A stretch of 64,000 bases of DNA from Hyaloraphidium curvatum SAG 235-1. Taxonomy: Eukaryota > Fungi > Monoblepharomycota. The position numbers were made by a program, and so were the translations under genes. Below the pieces are notes generated by a model. It was not told the origin of the DNA. It made no database searches and worked only from the letters and a program-made list of their open reading frames with translations. Of this stretch, positions 1-12,032 are shown piece by piece (the first letter of the stretch is position 1; each line of letters begins with the position of its first letter). The DNA lies in contig JAIVFI010000046.1 of NCBI GenBank assembly GCA_025558095.1, positions 62,001-126,000 of the forward strand, read 5' to 3'.

Positions 1-874
1 AGCAGGGGATGGAAAAGCGCCTCGCCCCGGAGCGGTTGATCGCGCGGTGCACCGTCGAGAGGAACAGATCGTTGCTCCACCTTGCCAACGAGTCGCCGAT
101 GTTCAGTACGAAGCAGCCGGGCGTGGGAGGGGCGTCGACCCATTTCCCGTCCTGGTTCAGCACCTGCAGGGCCGGCACTTCGTCCTGGCGGAGGATCGTG
201 AAGCATTCGTAGTCCGTGTGCGCGCCGATCCCGATGACGCGGTCGTCGATGACGCCGGTCTGGGGCGGGTAGTGCAGCAGCCTCGCAATGCTGCCGACCT
301 TGGTCGTCTTGTCATCGAAGAAATCCTCGTTCAAGTCGAGCGCGAGCGCGAAAAGCCTGAAGAGGACCTTGCCGAGCTTCATCATCTCGGAAAAGTACTC
401 GTTCACGGCCTCCCGGAACCCGGGCAGCGCGTCCCGAGGGGGCCAGTTGTTCCCCGCAGCGAGGCCCGGGCCGCCGCCGGCGCCGGCGACTGCCTCCGCG
501 CCGAAATCAAACGCCTCGTGGAGGTCCCCGCGGTTCTCGGGGTTGGTGTTCTCGCCCAGCAAGGGGGTGTACCCCTTGAAGTTGGCGCTCTTGTTGATGT
601 CGAGCAACATCTTGAAGTCCTCGGGCATGTCGAAGAAGCGGTGGGCCTGGTCAAAGGCCGCCTGTACCACGCACTCCGGGACGCCCGTGTTGCTGATCTG
701 CAGGAATCCCACGTTCATGGCCACGTCCCGCAGCCGCCGGGCCAGGGCCTTGCGGTCCTCGATGTTGGGAGACCGCGCCGGCCCGAGGTCCAGCACGGGG
801 ATCTCGGTGAAGGCCGCGGCATGGAGCGACGAGTCGGCGAATCGCAGTCCGTTTCCCGTGACGACGGCGGCCAT
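1..874 (-). CDS. 2-oxoglutarate/Fe(II)-dependent dioxygenase (IPNS/DIOX_N + 2OG-FeII_Oxy family), 3' end outside window
   Basis: Manual minus-strand translation from ATG at 874: IPVLDL...VGFLQISNTGV...FFDMP...KGY...DLHEAFD, HTDYECFTIL (HxD), NIGDSLARWSND, STVHRAIN (distal His), RFSIP (RxS). Absent from the ORF track because it runs off the window. Confidence 0.9.
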   Translation of the reverse strand, partial: MAAVVTGNGLRFADSSLHAAAFTEIPVLDLGPARSPNIEDRKALARRLRDVAMNVGFLQISNTGVPECVVQAAFDQAHRFFDMPEDFKMLLDINKSANFKGYTPLLGENTNPENRGDLHEAFDFGAEAVAGAGGGPGLAAGNNWPPRDALPGFREAVNEYFSEMMKLGKVLFRLFALALDLNEDFFDDKTTKVGSIARLLHYPPQTGVIDDRVIGIGAHTDYECFTILRQDEVPALQVLNQDGKWVDAPPTPGCFVLNIGDSLARWSNDLFLSTVHRAINRSGARRFSIPC

Positions 875-1004
875 TGCCTCGGCCGACGGGATTGAAACGC
901 GGAATGAAAACGGTTATCTCGCGGCGCCACCGCCCGCGTGAATCTTCTGATCGGTCGATCCCCCGAACCACCAACAACCACGAACACACCGGCACTTCTC
1001 CGAC

Positions 1005-1520
1005 ATGGCGACCTCCGAGGACCTGGAGTTCATGAAGGCCGCCGTCGCGGCGGCGCGGGAGGGCGAATCGCAGGGCGGCGTGCCGATTGGAGCCTGTCTG
1101 GTGGTCGACGGCAAAGTCCTCGGAACGGGCTACAACAAGCGCGTGCAGCAGAACTCTGCGATGTGGGAACCCCTCCTTCTCCCCGACATTCGAGTCAACT
1201 GACTCTCGATTGCCAGCCGCCACGGGGAGACCGACTGCCTGGAGAACATCGGCCGTCTTCCGGCCGCGACTTACAAGAAGGCGACCATGTACACCACGCT
1301 CTCGCCCTGCGACATGTGCACCGGCGCCATCCTTCTCTACGGCATCCCGCGCGTCGTCATGGGGGAGAACGCGACGTTCTACGGCGGCGAGGACCTGCTG
1401 CGGGCGCGCGGGGTCGAGGTGATCAACCTCGACCTTGCCGAGTGCAGAGACATGATGAAAAAGTTCCTCACGGAGAAGCCGGGGGTCTGGAGAGAGGACA
1501 TTGGCGTAGAGGACAAGTGA
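1005..1520 (+). CDS. FCY1: Cytosine deaminase (fungal type), 1 intron
   Basis: GGVPIGACLV, spliced SAIRHGETDCLEN (HxE) and YTTLSPCDMC (PCxxC) zinc-deaminase motifs; GT-AG intron ~1163-1216. Confidence 0.92.
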
Positions 1521-1820
1521 AGGGGTAGTGTACTTTGGTGGAAGCGTCCCGCGCAAGGGCATCGAAGAGTTCTGGAGGTGGCGCGCCACCCGCCGGCTAT
1601 CGCGGATCCAAACCCGCCGATCAGCATCCACGGTGAAATAGTCAAATTAGTCCGCGTGTTGCGGGTGTGAGATAGCGGTCGGATTCGGTGGGATCAACGA
1701 GGGTAGGGGGAGGGCCCGCAAGGTTTTTGCGGTGGCGGGGCAGCAGCGGCGGCGGCGGCGGCGGCGCCGGCGGCGGCAACTCAACGACAGATAACGAACC
1801 AACTCGCCCGGCCCCCCGCA

Positions 1821-3841
1821 ATGGACAGCGCCGACGCCAAGGAGAACGCCCTCGGGCCCGAAACGCACTCCAAGGAGGACGCGCCCTCTGCGATGGAGTC
1901 ACAGGTACGCCTCGCCGAGGCCCGAAACCCGCTATCGCGCTCACTGATCCCCCGGGCCCGCGCACCAGGTTCCCCTCAACGACGGTGCCGAGAAGCTCCC
2001 CGAAAAGGTTGACAGAGTCGAGGACGTCGACCTCGAGAAGGCCGGGGGGATCCTCATGAAGGAGGATGTCACCGCGGCAGAATTCCACGTGAGCGCGGCT
2101 GCCTGTCGCCCGCGGAGAACACGCGCTGATACAGCCCGCCGCAACGAATGCTCGACGCCTTTTCAAGTTCGCCCAAGAGAACAACAAGCTCGGCTTGGAG
2201 ATCCGGGGAATCGAGAGGGTCCTGCCCGAAGACAGGCACCACAAGGCCCTCTGGCAAAACCTCACACTCTGGGGCTCGGCCAACTTCTGCCTCTCGACGA
2301 TGGTCACGGGCGCGTTGGGCCGGACCATCTGGGTCCTGGCGACCTACCAGTCCATCCTCATCATCTTCTTCACCAACCTTTTCACGTGCGCTCTCGTCGC
2401 CTACATGTCTACGTACGGCCCGAAGCTCGGATTGAGGCAGATGGTTATTGCGCGCTTCTCTTTCGGGTGGTTCCCCAGCAAGTTTGTCGCCCTGATCAAC
2501 TGCATGTGGGTGGACGGCCGAGCTGGCAACCGAGCGTGCGCTGATGTCCGCCTCTTTCGTTTCTCTCTCTTCTCTCTTTCTCTCTCTCCTTGCCAGCGCC
2601 TGCATCGGATGGTCCATGGTCAACGTCATTGTCGGCGGCACCCTCTTGACGGCCATCAGCAACGGCAAGCTTCCCGTCTGGGGCTCGATCCTCCTCCTGG
2701 CTTTCGCGACCATCGTTGTGGGGGTCTTCGGGTACAAGATCGTGCACTACTACGAGCTCGTCGCATGGGCCCCGCTGCTCATCATCTTCATCATCGTGCT
2801 CGCGGAAGCGGGGCCCTACATCACGAACGTGCCCAACCTGAACGACACCTCGCTTCTCACGGCGGGATCGGTGCTTTCGTACATGGGCGCGCTGCTCGGG
2901 TTTGCGTTCGGTTGGGCTTCGTATGCGTCGGATTACAACGGTACGCCCAATTGCAAGGGCCGCGTTGGAGTCCGGTTACTGATTCTCACCATCCACTAGT
3001 CAACATGCCAGAGGACTCCAACCGATGGAAGGTCGCTGTCTACACCTTCTTCGGCCTCTTCATCCCGTTCGTCTTCATCGAGTCCATCGGCATCGTTGTC
3101 GCTTCTACCGCCGGGGCCAACGAGGAGCTCGCCGGGGTCCTCGCCGATAGCGGCATCATCGGCCTGACCGTCAGGCTGCTCCAGCCCCTCGGCGGCTTCG
3201 GGACCTTCTGCCTCGTCCTCCTCGCGCTCAGTACGATCGCCAACAACGTGCCCAACGACTACTCGCTCGGCCTGTCGCTACAGGTCGCGGGCCCCCGGGT
3301 GTTCATGAAGGTGCCCCGCTGGGTCTGGACGCTGATCGGCTCTGCGATCTGTGAGTTTGCCCGCCCGCCGAAGCCCAGGAGCACGTTTCACTGAGCTGTG
3401 CGCAACTCAGATGTCGTCATTGCCTGCGTTGGAGCCAACAACCTCACTGCGACCCTGGAAAACTTCCTGCTCGTGATCGGCTACTGGGGAACGATCTACG
3501 TTACCGTCACCTGCATCGACTGCTTCATTCGCGACCGCAAGGGCTGGCCCGTCCACGACTGGAACGCCCCCGACAAGCTGCCCTACGGCTTCGCCGCCAG
3601 CGCCGCCCTGGTCCTTGGTATCGTGGGCGCCGTCCTGGTTGGTTGCCTCCCGACTTAAACACCTGCTGCTGCTGACCCCGGTTTGCTCCAGGGCATGGCT
3701 CAGGTCTGGTACATTGGCCCCGTCGGCGCCCTCTTCGGCCCGTACGGAGGTGACGTGGGCTGGCTCATGGCGGCAGCCTTCGCGGCCGTCGTTTACATCC
3801 CGGGCCGCATGATTGAGTCCAAGAAGACGCACCGGATGTGA
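1821..3841 (+). CDS. Purine-cytosine permease (NCS1 family, FCY2-like), multi-exon
   Basis: LEIRGIERV, YGPKLGLRQMVIARFSFGW, GWASYASDY, STIANNVPNDYSLGLSLQ, LENFLLVIGYW; many TM segments separated by short introns. Confidence 0.9.
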
Positions 3842-4141
3842 GGTTTCCCCTCGGGGGTCGTTGGAGCACGGTTTCGCAAGGTGTGTAGGCCACCGGCGCG
3901 GGCAAAGTGTAGCTCGGCGTTCGTCTCGGAGAGAGAAAGAGAGCATTAGGAGAGTACTAGATATCTGCTATAGAATTCGAAAGGTCATGAAATCTGTCAT
4001 CGCCATTTGCCTCGTCGACACCGCCTCGAAACTGAACTCTTGTTTCCCAGCACCGCTGCGCGCATACAAGGAAATGGACTGAAACTTATCTATTCCTCCT
4101 CTCTCGCTCTCCAAATCACGTAAAAGATCGCCCCGCGCCGC

Positions 4142-5584
4142 TTACGCCGGCACCATGATCATCCCCGCGATCTTGATAGCGTCGTGGTCCTTGTACCGAT
4201 CGCAAAGCACCTGCACCCCCACCGGCAGCCCGTCCGCAACTCCCAGGGGAACCGCCGTGGCGGGCAGGTTGCCGTAGGTGGCCCAGCTCGCAATCGCGAA
4301 CCCAGACGGCTCGTAGGGCAGCTTCTCGCCGTCCACATCGAGCTGGCGCGACTTCTGCGGCGAGTCGTCGTGCGGGAAGGCCTGTACGGGGAACACGGGC
4401 ATGAGGAGCGCCGCGTGCTCGGCAAAGAACGCGGCCCAGGCGCGGTGCACGAGCGCCTGGCGGTTCAAGATCATTATCATCTCGGCGGCGCTGAAGACGG
4501 AGCCGTCGCGCTTTTGGTACGCGCCGGCGGTCATGGTGATCCAGAGCAGGTCCTCGTAGTCCTGGAGGTAGTCCTCGACCTTGGGCAGGAGCGGCGACTC
4601 GCGGACGATGATCGCGCCGGCCTGCTCGGCGCGCGTGGCGGCGGCCTCAATGGCGTCGCTGATGTTCTTGGCCACCTTGACGTGGGGCAGCGTCGGTGCG
4701 ACAAAGATCTTGAGCCCCTTGAGCGACGTGATCTCGCTCTGCTTCAGCGGGTACGCCGAAAGCAGGTCCAGCGCGACGGCGACATCGTCCGTCGTCCGCG
4801 CCATGGGGCCGGACACGGCGAGCGGCACGGGCGCGCCACCGGGCGTGCCGGGGAAGTTCTCGCCGGGGATAATGTTGTGGGTGGGCTTATGCCCCACGAT
4901 GCCGCAGAAGAAGGAGGGCACGCGGATGGAGCCGGCAATGTCGGAGCCGACTTCCAGGGGGACGTAGCCCGCGGCGAGGGCCGCGCCGGAGCCGCCAGAA
5001 GAACCACCGGGGCTGCGGTCTTTGTTCCAGGGGTTGACGGTGCGCCCGTAGATGGGGTTGACGCTTTGCCAGTCCGACAGCCCGACCTGCGGAAACGGCC
5101 GTCGCCGAAGAGTCCTCCCGTCAACGCGATAGCACCCACGGGCACGTTGGTCTTGCCGAGCACGATGGCACCCGACTCCTTGAGCTTCTTGACGTGGTAT
5201 CCGTCGTCCGCGCTCGTCCAATCCTTGAAGTCGGGAATGCCCCAGGTCATTTTGGTCCCCTTGATGTTGAACTGCTCCTTGACGGTGAACGGCACGCCTG
5301 GCATCGCGGCCAAAAGTCAATCCCGGGCTCCGACCCAATTTCCGCGTGGATTGCCCACCGAGCAACGGCTTGCGCACGCCCTTCTTGACCAGCTTGTCGG
5401 CCTCCTTCGCCTCGGCGCGCGCGCGGTCAAACACACGCACGACGACCGCGTTGATCTCCTTGTCCATCGCCTCGATCCGCGCGATCGCGGCGTCGACCTC
5501 GGCAACGGCGGTCGTCTCGCCGGCCGCGATGCGGCGCGCGGTCTCGAGCGCCGAGGGGGGGTGGGAGACGCCGGGGGGAGGCAT
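4142..5584 (-). CDS. Amidase signature family protein
   Basis: PLLG|[41 protein letters not shown]; short introns near 5090-5140 and 5300-5357. Confidence 0.9.
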   Translation of the reverse strand: MPPPGVSHPPSALETARRIAAGETTAVAEVDAAIARIEAMDKEINAVVVRVFDRARAEAKEADKLVKKGVRKPLLGGQSTRKLGRSPGLTFGRDARRAVHRQGAVQHQGDQNDLGHSRLQGLDERGRRIPRQEAQGVGCHRARQDQRARGCYRVDGRTLRRRPFPQVGLSDWQSVNPIYGRTVNPWNKDRSPGGSSGGSGAALAAGYVPLEVGSDIAGSIRVPSFFCGIVGHKPTHNIIPGENFPGTPGGAPVPLAVSGPMARTTDDVAVALDLLSAYPLKQSEITSLKGLKIFVAPTLPHVKVAKNISDAIEAAATRAEQAGAIIVRESPLLPKVEDYLQDYEDLLWITMTAGAYQKRDGSVFSAAEMIMILNRQALVHRAWAAFFAEHAALLMPVFPVQAFPHDDSPQKSRQLDVDGEKLPYEPSGFAIASWATYGNLPATAVPLGVADGLPVGVQVLCDRYKDHDAIKIAGMIMVPA

Positions 5585-6179
5585 CGCGCGAGGGGACGGC
5601 GGGGACGCGGAGAAGTAATGCGGGGCGAGATAGAACCCGGCGGCGGGAGCAGGAACCAAAGCCTGCGCGGCGGAGGTTTCGGAGATGTAATGCACGGAGA
5701 GTGTGCGGGAGATTGTGCAGTCGCTGCTCGTCCGCGAACGCTGGAACAGCGCACTCTAAGGAGATTGGGTTGAGGCAAGGAGTGCGGCCGGAGCGGATCA
5801 CTTTCGTTCAGCCCGCTGCAGAACAAGCCTCCCTCTCGATGGAGTGGATCGGCGGACGCTCATAAGCTTGTACTGTGCTCCGAGCCGCGATCAGCTAGCT
5901 CACGTCGATCCGGCTGGCCGCGTCAGCCGCGAACAGCAGTCCGTGGTCATCGAACGTTGCAGTCTGCCAAGACGCGCTGGGAGGCGTGCGGGTGCGCCGC
6001 GTCGAGCGGTTTGTACCTTGGAAGCTGGTCGGCGCGTCATGGTCCCATCGTCCTGATGCCCCATGCAATGGCATGCCACGCGGAGCCAAACGAACCAACC
6101 AAAGGCACGAAAGCGTGCGTCCGCAGCTTCTCTTCCGGCACCATCAGCGGCTGCCGTTGTAGAACGCGTTCCGGAGGAG

Positions 6180-6565
6180 ATGCAAAAGGAAACCGGGTTA
6201 AGCGCGCGGCCCTCGGGTGAGCTTCCTAGTGGTAACCGAGGACCTTCGGACGCGGTTGTCAGAAGCACTTCAGAGCCGATACAAGTACGGTCCTGCGCGG
6301 GGGTGGGGGATTTTGGGGCGGCCGGGCGAGCTGAGTGTCCGGGCTGCGCCTCTCATCCGTCCCACTCGGCTTCCTCCAACGCCCACGGCCGAAACACAAA
6401 AGGCGGGTGCGGATGGCGCGTGGGATCCGTCCCGCAGGACGTCGAATCTTACCGGCGGCCGGCTCCGCCGCACGCGTGCAGGTTAGCGGCGCGCCAAAAG
6501 CAGCGTCAAGCGGGCGCCCCCGGGGGAAAGGCCATTCAAGTGGTAACCGGGGACCTTCGGACGCC
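6180..6565 (+). repeat. Left arm of diverged inverted repeat, with two direct units ending GGTAACCG(A/G)GGACCTTCGGACGC
   Basis: Units at 6228-6258 and 6539-6564; 6231-6258 is the exact reverse complement of 11767-11794; shared blocks AAGTACGGTCC and GGCGAGCTGAGTGT. Confidence 0.8.
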
Positions 6566-6880
6566 GCTCCTTCCCCCTCCTTCTCCGACTTTAAGTGTAT
6601 GCTGTCCCGCCGGGGGGGAATTACGGGCGCGGGAGGTGGGGATACCCCGGGCTTCTCCACCGGACGCCCCGCCGGTCCGCACGGGGACAACGCACGGCAC
6701 GAGAGGTTCCCCAGCAAGAAAGAGCCATCTATTCCGATGACAGAGGTGCGAATTAGCGTAGTAGATTGCATGTGTGCAGCAGTGCGGATCGAATCGAATC
6801 AACGGCATGCAGTTGTCCGGGCCCCCCGCGCGGGCGGGCACTCCCCCCCCCCATCCAAAGGCACGGCGCCGGCGGCCGAA

Positions 6881-8593
6881 TCACGGCTTCTCGAAGTAGA
6901 CCACCTTGACGGTCGCCCTGTGCCTCCGCACCAGGTCCTCCACGCCCGCCTTACTGCCGCCCTTTCCGCCGGCCGAGGGCGCGAACCCGTCCGTGCGCAC
7001 GGCGTAGCCGGCCCCGGCGAGCCGCGAGAGCACCGCGCGCGCGGGCATCTCGCCGCCCAGCTTGCGCGGGTTGTACGACAGCGCGACCAGGGGGGCGGGT
7101 CCGGAGGAGTCGAGGCGCAGGAGGCGCGGGGCGCCGGCGACGGCGAAGGGCTCCTCGCCGCGGGCCGAGATGCGCACCACGCCGATGGTCTTGCGGCCCG
7201 AGCGGAGGCGCGGGGAGCGGCCGGATTCGTGGGAGAGGTACGAGTCGGCGATCTCGTCGAGGGTGGCCAGGCCCGCGGTGCCCCGTGCGCGGTAGCCGGC
7301 GACGGAAGCGAGCTGCCGCTGGGCGGCCGACTCCTCCCTGTCCGCCAGCCCGCCGCCCCCGGAAGGCGAAGAAGGCGCGCGGCAGACGACCGCGCCGCCG
7401 TGGTTGGTGTCCTTGCTGCGCACGGTGCAGTTGCGCCCGCTCACGCCGGGGTCCGAGGCGGCGAGGGGGACGGCGACGGCGCGGGCGGGGAAGCCGAGGG
7501 CGGCGTTGGCGCAGAGGGAGGAGCGGAGGAGGCGGAGGTTCGAGTCGAGGGGTTCGACGGCGAGGACAGAGAAGCCTGGAGGGGGGGGGGGCAATCAGTG
7601 AGCGTTACGCGGTCGAGCACCCCCAGACGACGTACCCCTCGAAAGGGCGACGAGGCTGAACCAGCCCATGCCCGCGCCCACGTCGACAAACACCACGTCC
7701 TCCCTCGTCGCCTCCTTTTCCACCTTGGCCAGCTCCTTGAACTTCCTCTCCAGGCCGAGCAGCAGCTGCGCCGCCGTCGCCGACTCGAGGTACCCCCCTG
7801 CCCCGTCCCCGCCCCTCCTCCTGACCCTGATGGCCGAGTTCAGGACGGCGGCGGACCGCCGGTCCATCAGCACGCCCCCTTGCTCCGCCTCGTCCGCCTC
7901 CACGGGCTCGTCGTCCCCGGGGGGCGGCGCCGGAGCGGACAGCCCGATGTTGTAGATGTGCATCGTGAACGGGGCCTGCTGCGCGGCTGCGGATGACTGC
8001 GCGAGCGAGGGGTGCGAGAAGCGCACGTCGGTGATGGCCATGGAGAACGAGTCGGGGTAGGAGCCGTTGAGGTGGGCGGCGTGCGCCAGGGGGAAGTCCG
8101 CGGCGCAGAAGCGGGCTGCGGCGGAGGAGGCGGCGCCGGCGATGTCGCGGGGTGGGGGGGAGGGGGGCGATGCGGGGGCGGGGGCGTCGGGCGGTGCCTC
8201 GGGTGCCGGTGCGGCGGGGGGGTTGACAGGGGGGTCCGCGTGCGGCTGCTGGCCGGCCCCCGTGCCCTCGGTGCCCGCCCGATGTGCAGCCGGGGCGCCC
8301 GATGCACCACCAGGCTGCGATGCGCCGGCCGGTGCGGGTGCCGCGGGCACGATGTCGTCGCCGGCGCCGCCCGCCCGCAGCCCCCACTGCCCGCCCAGCG
8401 CGCCCTGCACCCGCACGCCGGCGCCGCCCTCGCCCGCCACCAGCCTCGCCACCTTGGGCCCGGCCCACAGCTCCATCTGCGTGGGCGGCTTCGCGCTGCC
8501 GAGGCCGGCCAGCGCCGGGTCGACGTAGAACGCCCCGCCGGCCGCGCACACGACCGCGAGCTGCAGCGCGCGCCGCGGCGTCAACACGCGCAT
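6881..8593 (-). CDS. FkbM-family SAM-dependent methyltransferase with N-terminal membrane anchor and Pro/Ala linker
   Basis: VVFVDVGAGMGWFSLVALSRG|FSVLAVEPLDSNLRLLRSSLCAN, TLDEI, VVRISARGEEPFAVAGA (degenerate KIDVEGxE); one intron ~7578-7633. Confidence 0.75.
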
Positions 8594-9328
8594 CGTCTCT
8601 CAGGGCGCCCGGCGTGTCCGCGGGTCCGCCCGCCGCGATGCGCTGCGCGACGGCGTCGGCCGCCCGCTCTTCCGCCTCCGTAGCGCGCGCCCGCCCGCGC
8701 GCCGTGCGGCCCTCCGCGCGTCCGGCAGGGGTCGGCGCGCGCGAGAGAATTGAATGCGGGCCCGGCGGGCGCGGTGCGGCGCGGGGACGGGTGCGGGGGG
8801 AGGAGCGGAGGTCGGAGGGCGGGTGATCCACAGGGTCTCGACGAATGCGGGTTTATGGGGGGATTTCGCGGGCGACCCGGCCGCCGGCGCTGACGGATGC
8901 CATCGCGGACAGCGGACCCATGAATCGATGGCAACGGCTTTCGAGGTGTCGCAGGCGGGCTTGAGCCCCGGGCGGACCGTCCCCGCGCCTTCCCCGGGCC
9001 TCGCTTTCGGGCCGTCGGAGCATCAGCCTCCGGGAGTCCCCCCGACGCAACGGCAACATCCGTCCCGATGGGCCGCCTCTCCCGACCGGGAACGCTTCCT
9101 GACAAATGCATCAACGCCGCTGGGTCACCGCCGGCCGGCGGCTCCCGGACTGGCGGCGCCCGGTGGCCGATCTCCGAAACCCCCTGCGCCACAGGGTCGT
9201 TTGCCCCGATCCGGCACGCACGCCGAAAGCACCCCAAGACCAGTCGAACGCACCGTACGTCTCCCATAACTCTACTGCAAAGCGCATAAGAATACCATCC
9301 CGGCGTCCGGACCCCCCCCCGGCCGCCA

Positions 9329-10992
9329 TCACCAAAGCTTGAACCACCCCCTCGGCTCCTTCGCCCCCAGCTGCGCCTCCACATCCACCGCCCTCCCCTG
9401 CACCCTCGGGCCCGCGGTCGGCGTCACCCCCCACGTCGAATACGTCCTCGTCGCCACCGTCTGCACCGCGATCGACCCGCCCTTCTTCCCCGTCCCCACC
9501 GCGCACTCGGTCTGCACCGGCCACACGCTCGTCGCCGGCGCCGGCAGCACGGTCTTGGTGTGCGGCGTCTCGCGGAACCTCCCGCCCTCGTAGCCCGCGG
9601 GGCAGTCCTCCAGCCGCGCGTAGAAGTACGCCGTGCGGCCGTCGCCGTTGCCGATGGGCACGAACTGGAGCTGGTGCTGGCCCTCGGGCACCCACACCGT
9701 GATCTTGCTGAAGCGCGAGGGGTCGCCGCCGTAGGAGGGCATGATGATGTCCCACCAGTCCCAGCCCATCTTGAAGTTGGGGTACTCGCGGGAGCCCTCC
9801 TGCTGCAGCCAGAAGCGGCAGCACTCGACCTGCGGCTCCGAGGAGGTGCCGGCCTGCCGTTCGTGGGGCAGGAAGGGAAAAAAGGAAATAAGGAAGCGGC
9901 ATCAGTCGGGGTCCGGCAACAGTCAGGGGGCCGTCAACGCACCGGCCTGCCGTCGACAAACACGTTCCACTGGTCCCCCGGGCAGATCGAGTCCCACGCC
10001 GTGAGGTTCATGCACCGTCCCGAGGGCACGTTGATGTCCCACACCAGCCCGGGGACGTTGGGCCACACGTGGATGTCCTGGTTCAGCAGCACGGACGAGT
10101 GCCACTCCTCCGTCACGGCGCCCGTGATGTCCTGCTGGCGGCATCCCCACCCGTTGGTGTAGAAGTTGAAGGCGCCGAGGGTGCCGTCCCCGCGCTTGGC
10201 GAGCTCGATCTCGAGGACGTGGAAGTTGTTGGGCATGATGAAGCGGCCGGAGGACCACTCCGTGTCCCAGGCGAAGCCGGGGAAGATGTTGGCGTCGGGG
10301 GTGCGGGTCATGTCGTAGAAGGTGCCGTTGATGGGGTTGGTGAAGCTGCAGCTCTGGCCGCCGGGCTCGGTGGTGCGGCCCATGAGGACGCCGTCGAGGT
10401 AGAGGTTGTACTGGTCGCCTGGGGCGGGGGCGGGGGACGTCAGCAAGGGCACCGGGCGGCGGAGGGCCGATGCGCGGTAGCGTTGCGGCCGGCGAAGCAT
10501 CCCGGCGGCGGATCACCCACCCGCGCAGCCCTGGTCGGCGATCTGCATCTCGGTCTCGGCGCACGGGTAGCCGTCGTCGGCGAGGTCGATGTAGAACCTG
10601 TGCACGGCCTGCTGCCTGAAGTCGAACCGGTGGAACACGCCCTGGTCCCGCCGGGTGAGCGTGATCCCGGGCAGCGGCGAGACGCCCGGCGGCGGGGTGA
10701 CGGGCACGCGGGCGGGCGTGGTGGTGGTCGGCGCCGCGGTGATGGTGACGAGGGTGCCCGTGCGGCTGGCCGACGGCCCCGCGGACCGCGACAGCGCCGT
10801 CGTGGCCTGGCGCGCGTGGAGGTCGACGGCGTTCGCGGCGCGCACGGCGTCGCGGAGCTCCTCGAGCGTCGCGTACGGGTGGAACGGGTTCGGGCGGGCC
10901 GCGGCGGGCAAGGCGAGCAGCGCCGCCGCGGCGATCGCGAGCAGCGCCGCGGCGCCCAGCCGGATCGCGGGCCGGCGGCGTCCGGAGGCCAT
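9329..10992 (-). CDS. Secreted protein with two tandem beta-rich domains (DxxCxGDQxNxxxDG motif), function unknown
   Basis: Signal peptide (LGAAALLAIAAAALLALPAAA), Thr/Pro linker, exons in ORFs 10513-11055, 9934-10500 and 9329-9769 joined by GT-AG introns. Confidence 0.7.
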
Positions 10993-11484
10993 CGCTGCGT
11001 GCGGGGCCGCGATGGTCGGGGGACGGGTGTGCGGGAAAGGCGCAGCCTCGTTCATATTCCTTTTCGGGCGTCGGCGTAGCGTCGCGCACCCAAACCGGCA
11101 GGGCGCAAGGGCGGGCCATCGGAAGTCGGGAATGGTCGCAAACCGGCGAAGAGGGCTCTCGAAGGCTCATCGGTGTCCGTTCCGCCCGGGAAGTCGTCCG
11201 GGGGGACCGCTCCCCGCCCCGATCGACCGCCACGTCGGCACACTCCTCCGGGCCCAGAACGGCAGAAGGACGGACACAGAGCCATCGCCCGGCTCCCAGG
11301 CATCATAGAACCGTCCGATGCGGCCGTTCTGTGGCCCGACAGTCGCTCGTGTGACGCGCAGCGGGCGATCGCGATCGGAGCCCGCGCGAAATTCTCGGTT
11401 GGCGGACACCAATCGCTCATAACTCTCCTTCAAGCACCTACATTCCGTCGTCGGAACTCCTGCGGGAAGGGCCCATGACCCGGG

Positions 11485-11845
11485 GGTCCGAAGCGCTCTC
11501 GGTTATCTGCAATGAATCGGCTCGAACTTTCCGAAGCGCACTACTTGACCCCCTTTTCCTTCGGGGACGTCATTTTGTTCGGCGGGAGCACCTCCGCCCC
11601 AGCAGTCCATGGTTTTTTCCAACTCTTTGACCCTTGGCTCCGTCGGCCGCGACGATGGGGGTTCGGGCGGGCGTTACACAAGCCCCCACACTCAGCTCGC
11701 CGCCCGCGCCGATTTCCCCGACGCCAGCGCCGGACCGTACTTATGCTACGTCGCCGGTAACCATTTCAACCGCGTCCGAAGGTCCTCGGTTACCCAAAAA
11801 GCTGATCCCCCGAGGACCACGCCCTTGACACGGCTTTTTTGACAT
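11485..11845 (-). repeat. Right arm of diverged inverted repeat (mirror of 6180-6565)
   Basis: Perfect 28-bp unit at 11767-11794, degenerate unit at 11486-11505; flanks align to the left arm (20/25 upstream block; block 11680-11745). Confidence 0.8.
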
Positions 11846-12032
11846 TGAAGGACAGCATACCGAAGGCGTGCGAGAAAGACGGCATCAATCCTTCGGGTAT
11901 CTGCTTCCAATACATTTCTTTTGCGATTCGGCACGGAACGGTCCGATTTACCAGGGATGTGCCCGCGACAGTGCCCTCGCGCCGACGGGTGCACCCTCTT
12001 GCCGACGATCCCGCCGCCCCCACTTTCCAAAG

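Noticed and set aside
47-941. Plus-strand ORFs of 282 and 217 aa
   Set aside because: Antisense shadows of the minus-strand dioxygenase, caused by GC3 bias.
6228-6258. Known riboswitch or ribozyme in the 28-bp motif
   Set aside because: No TPP, hammerhead or HDV core recognised; retained only as an unexplained repeat.
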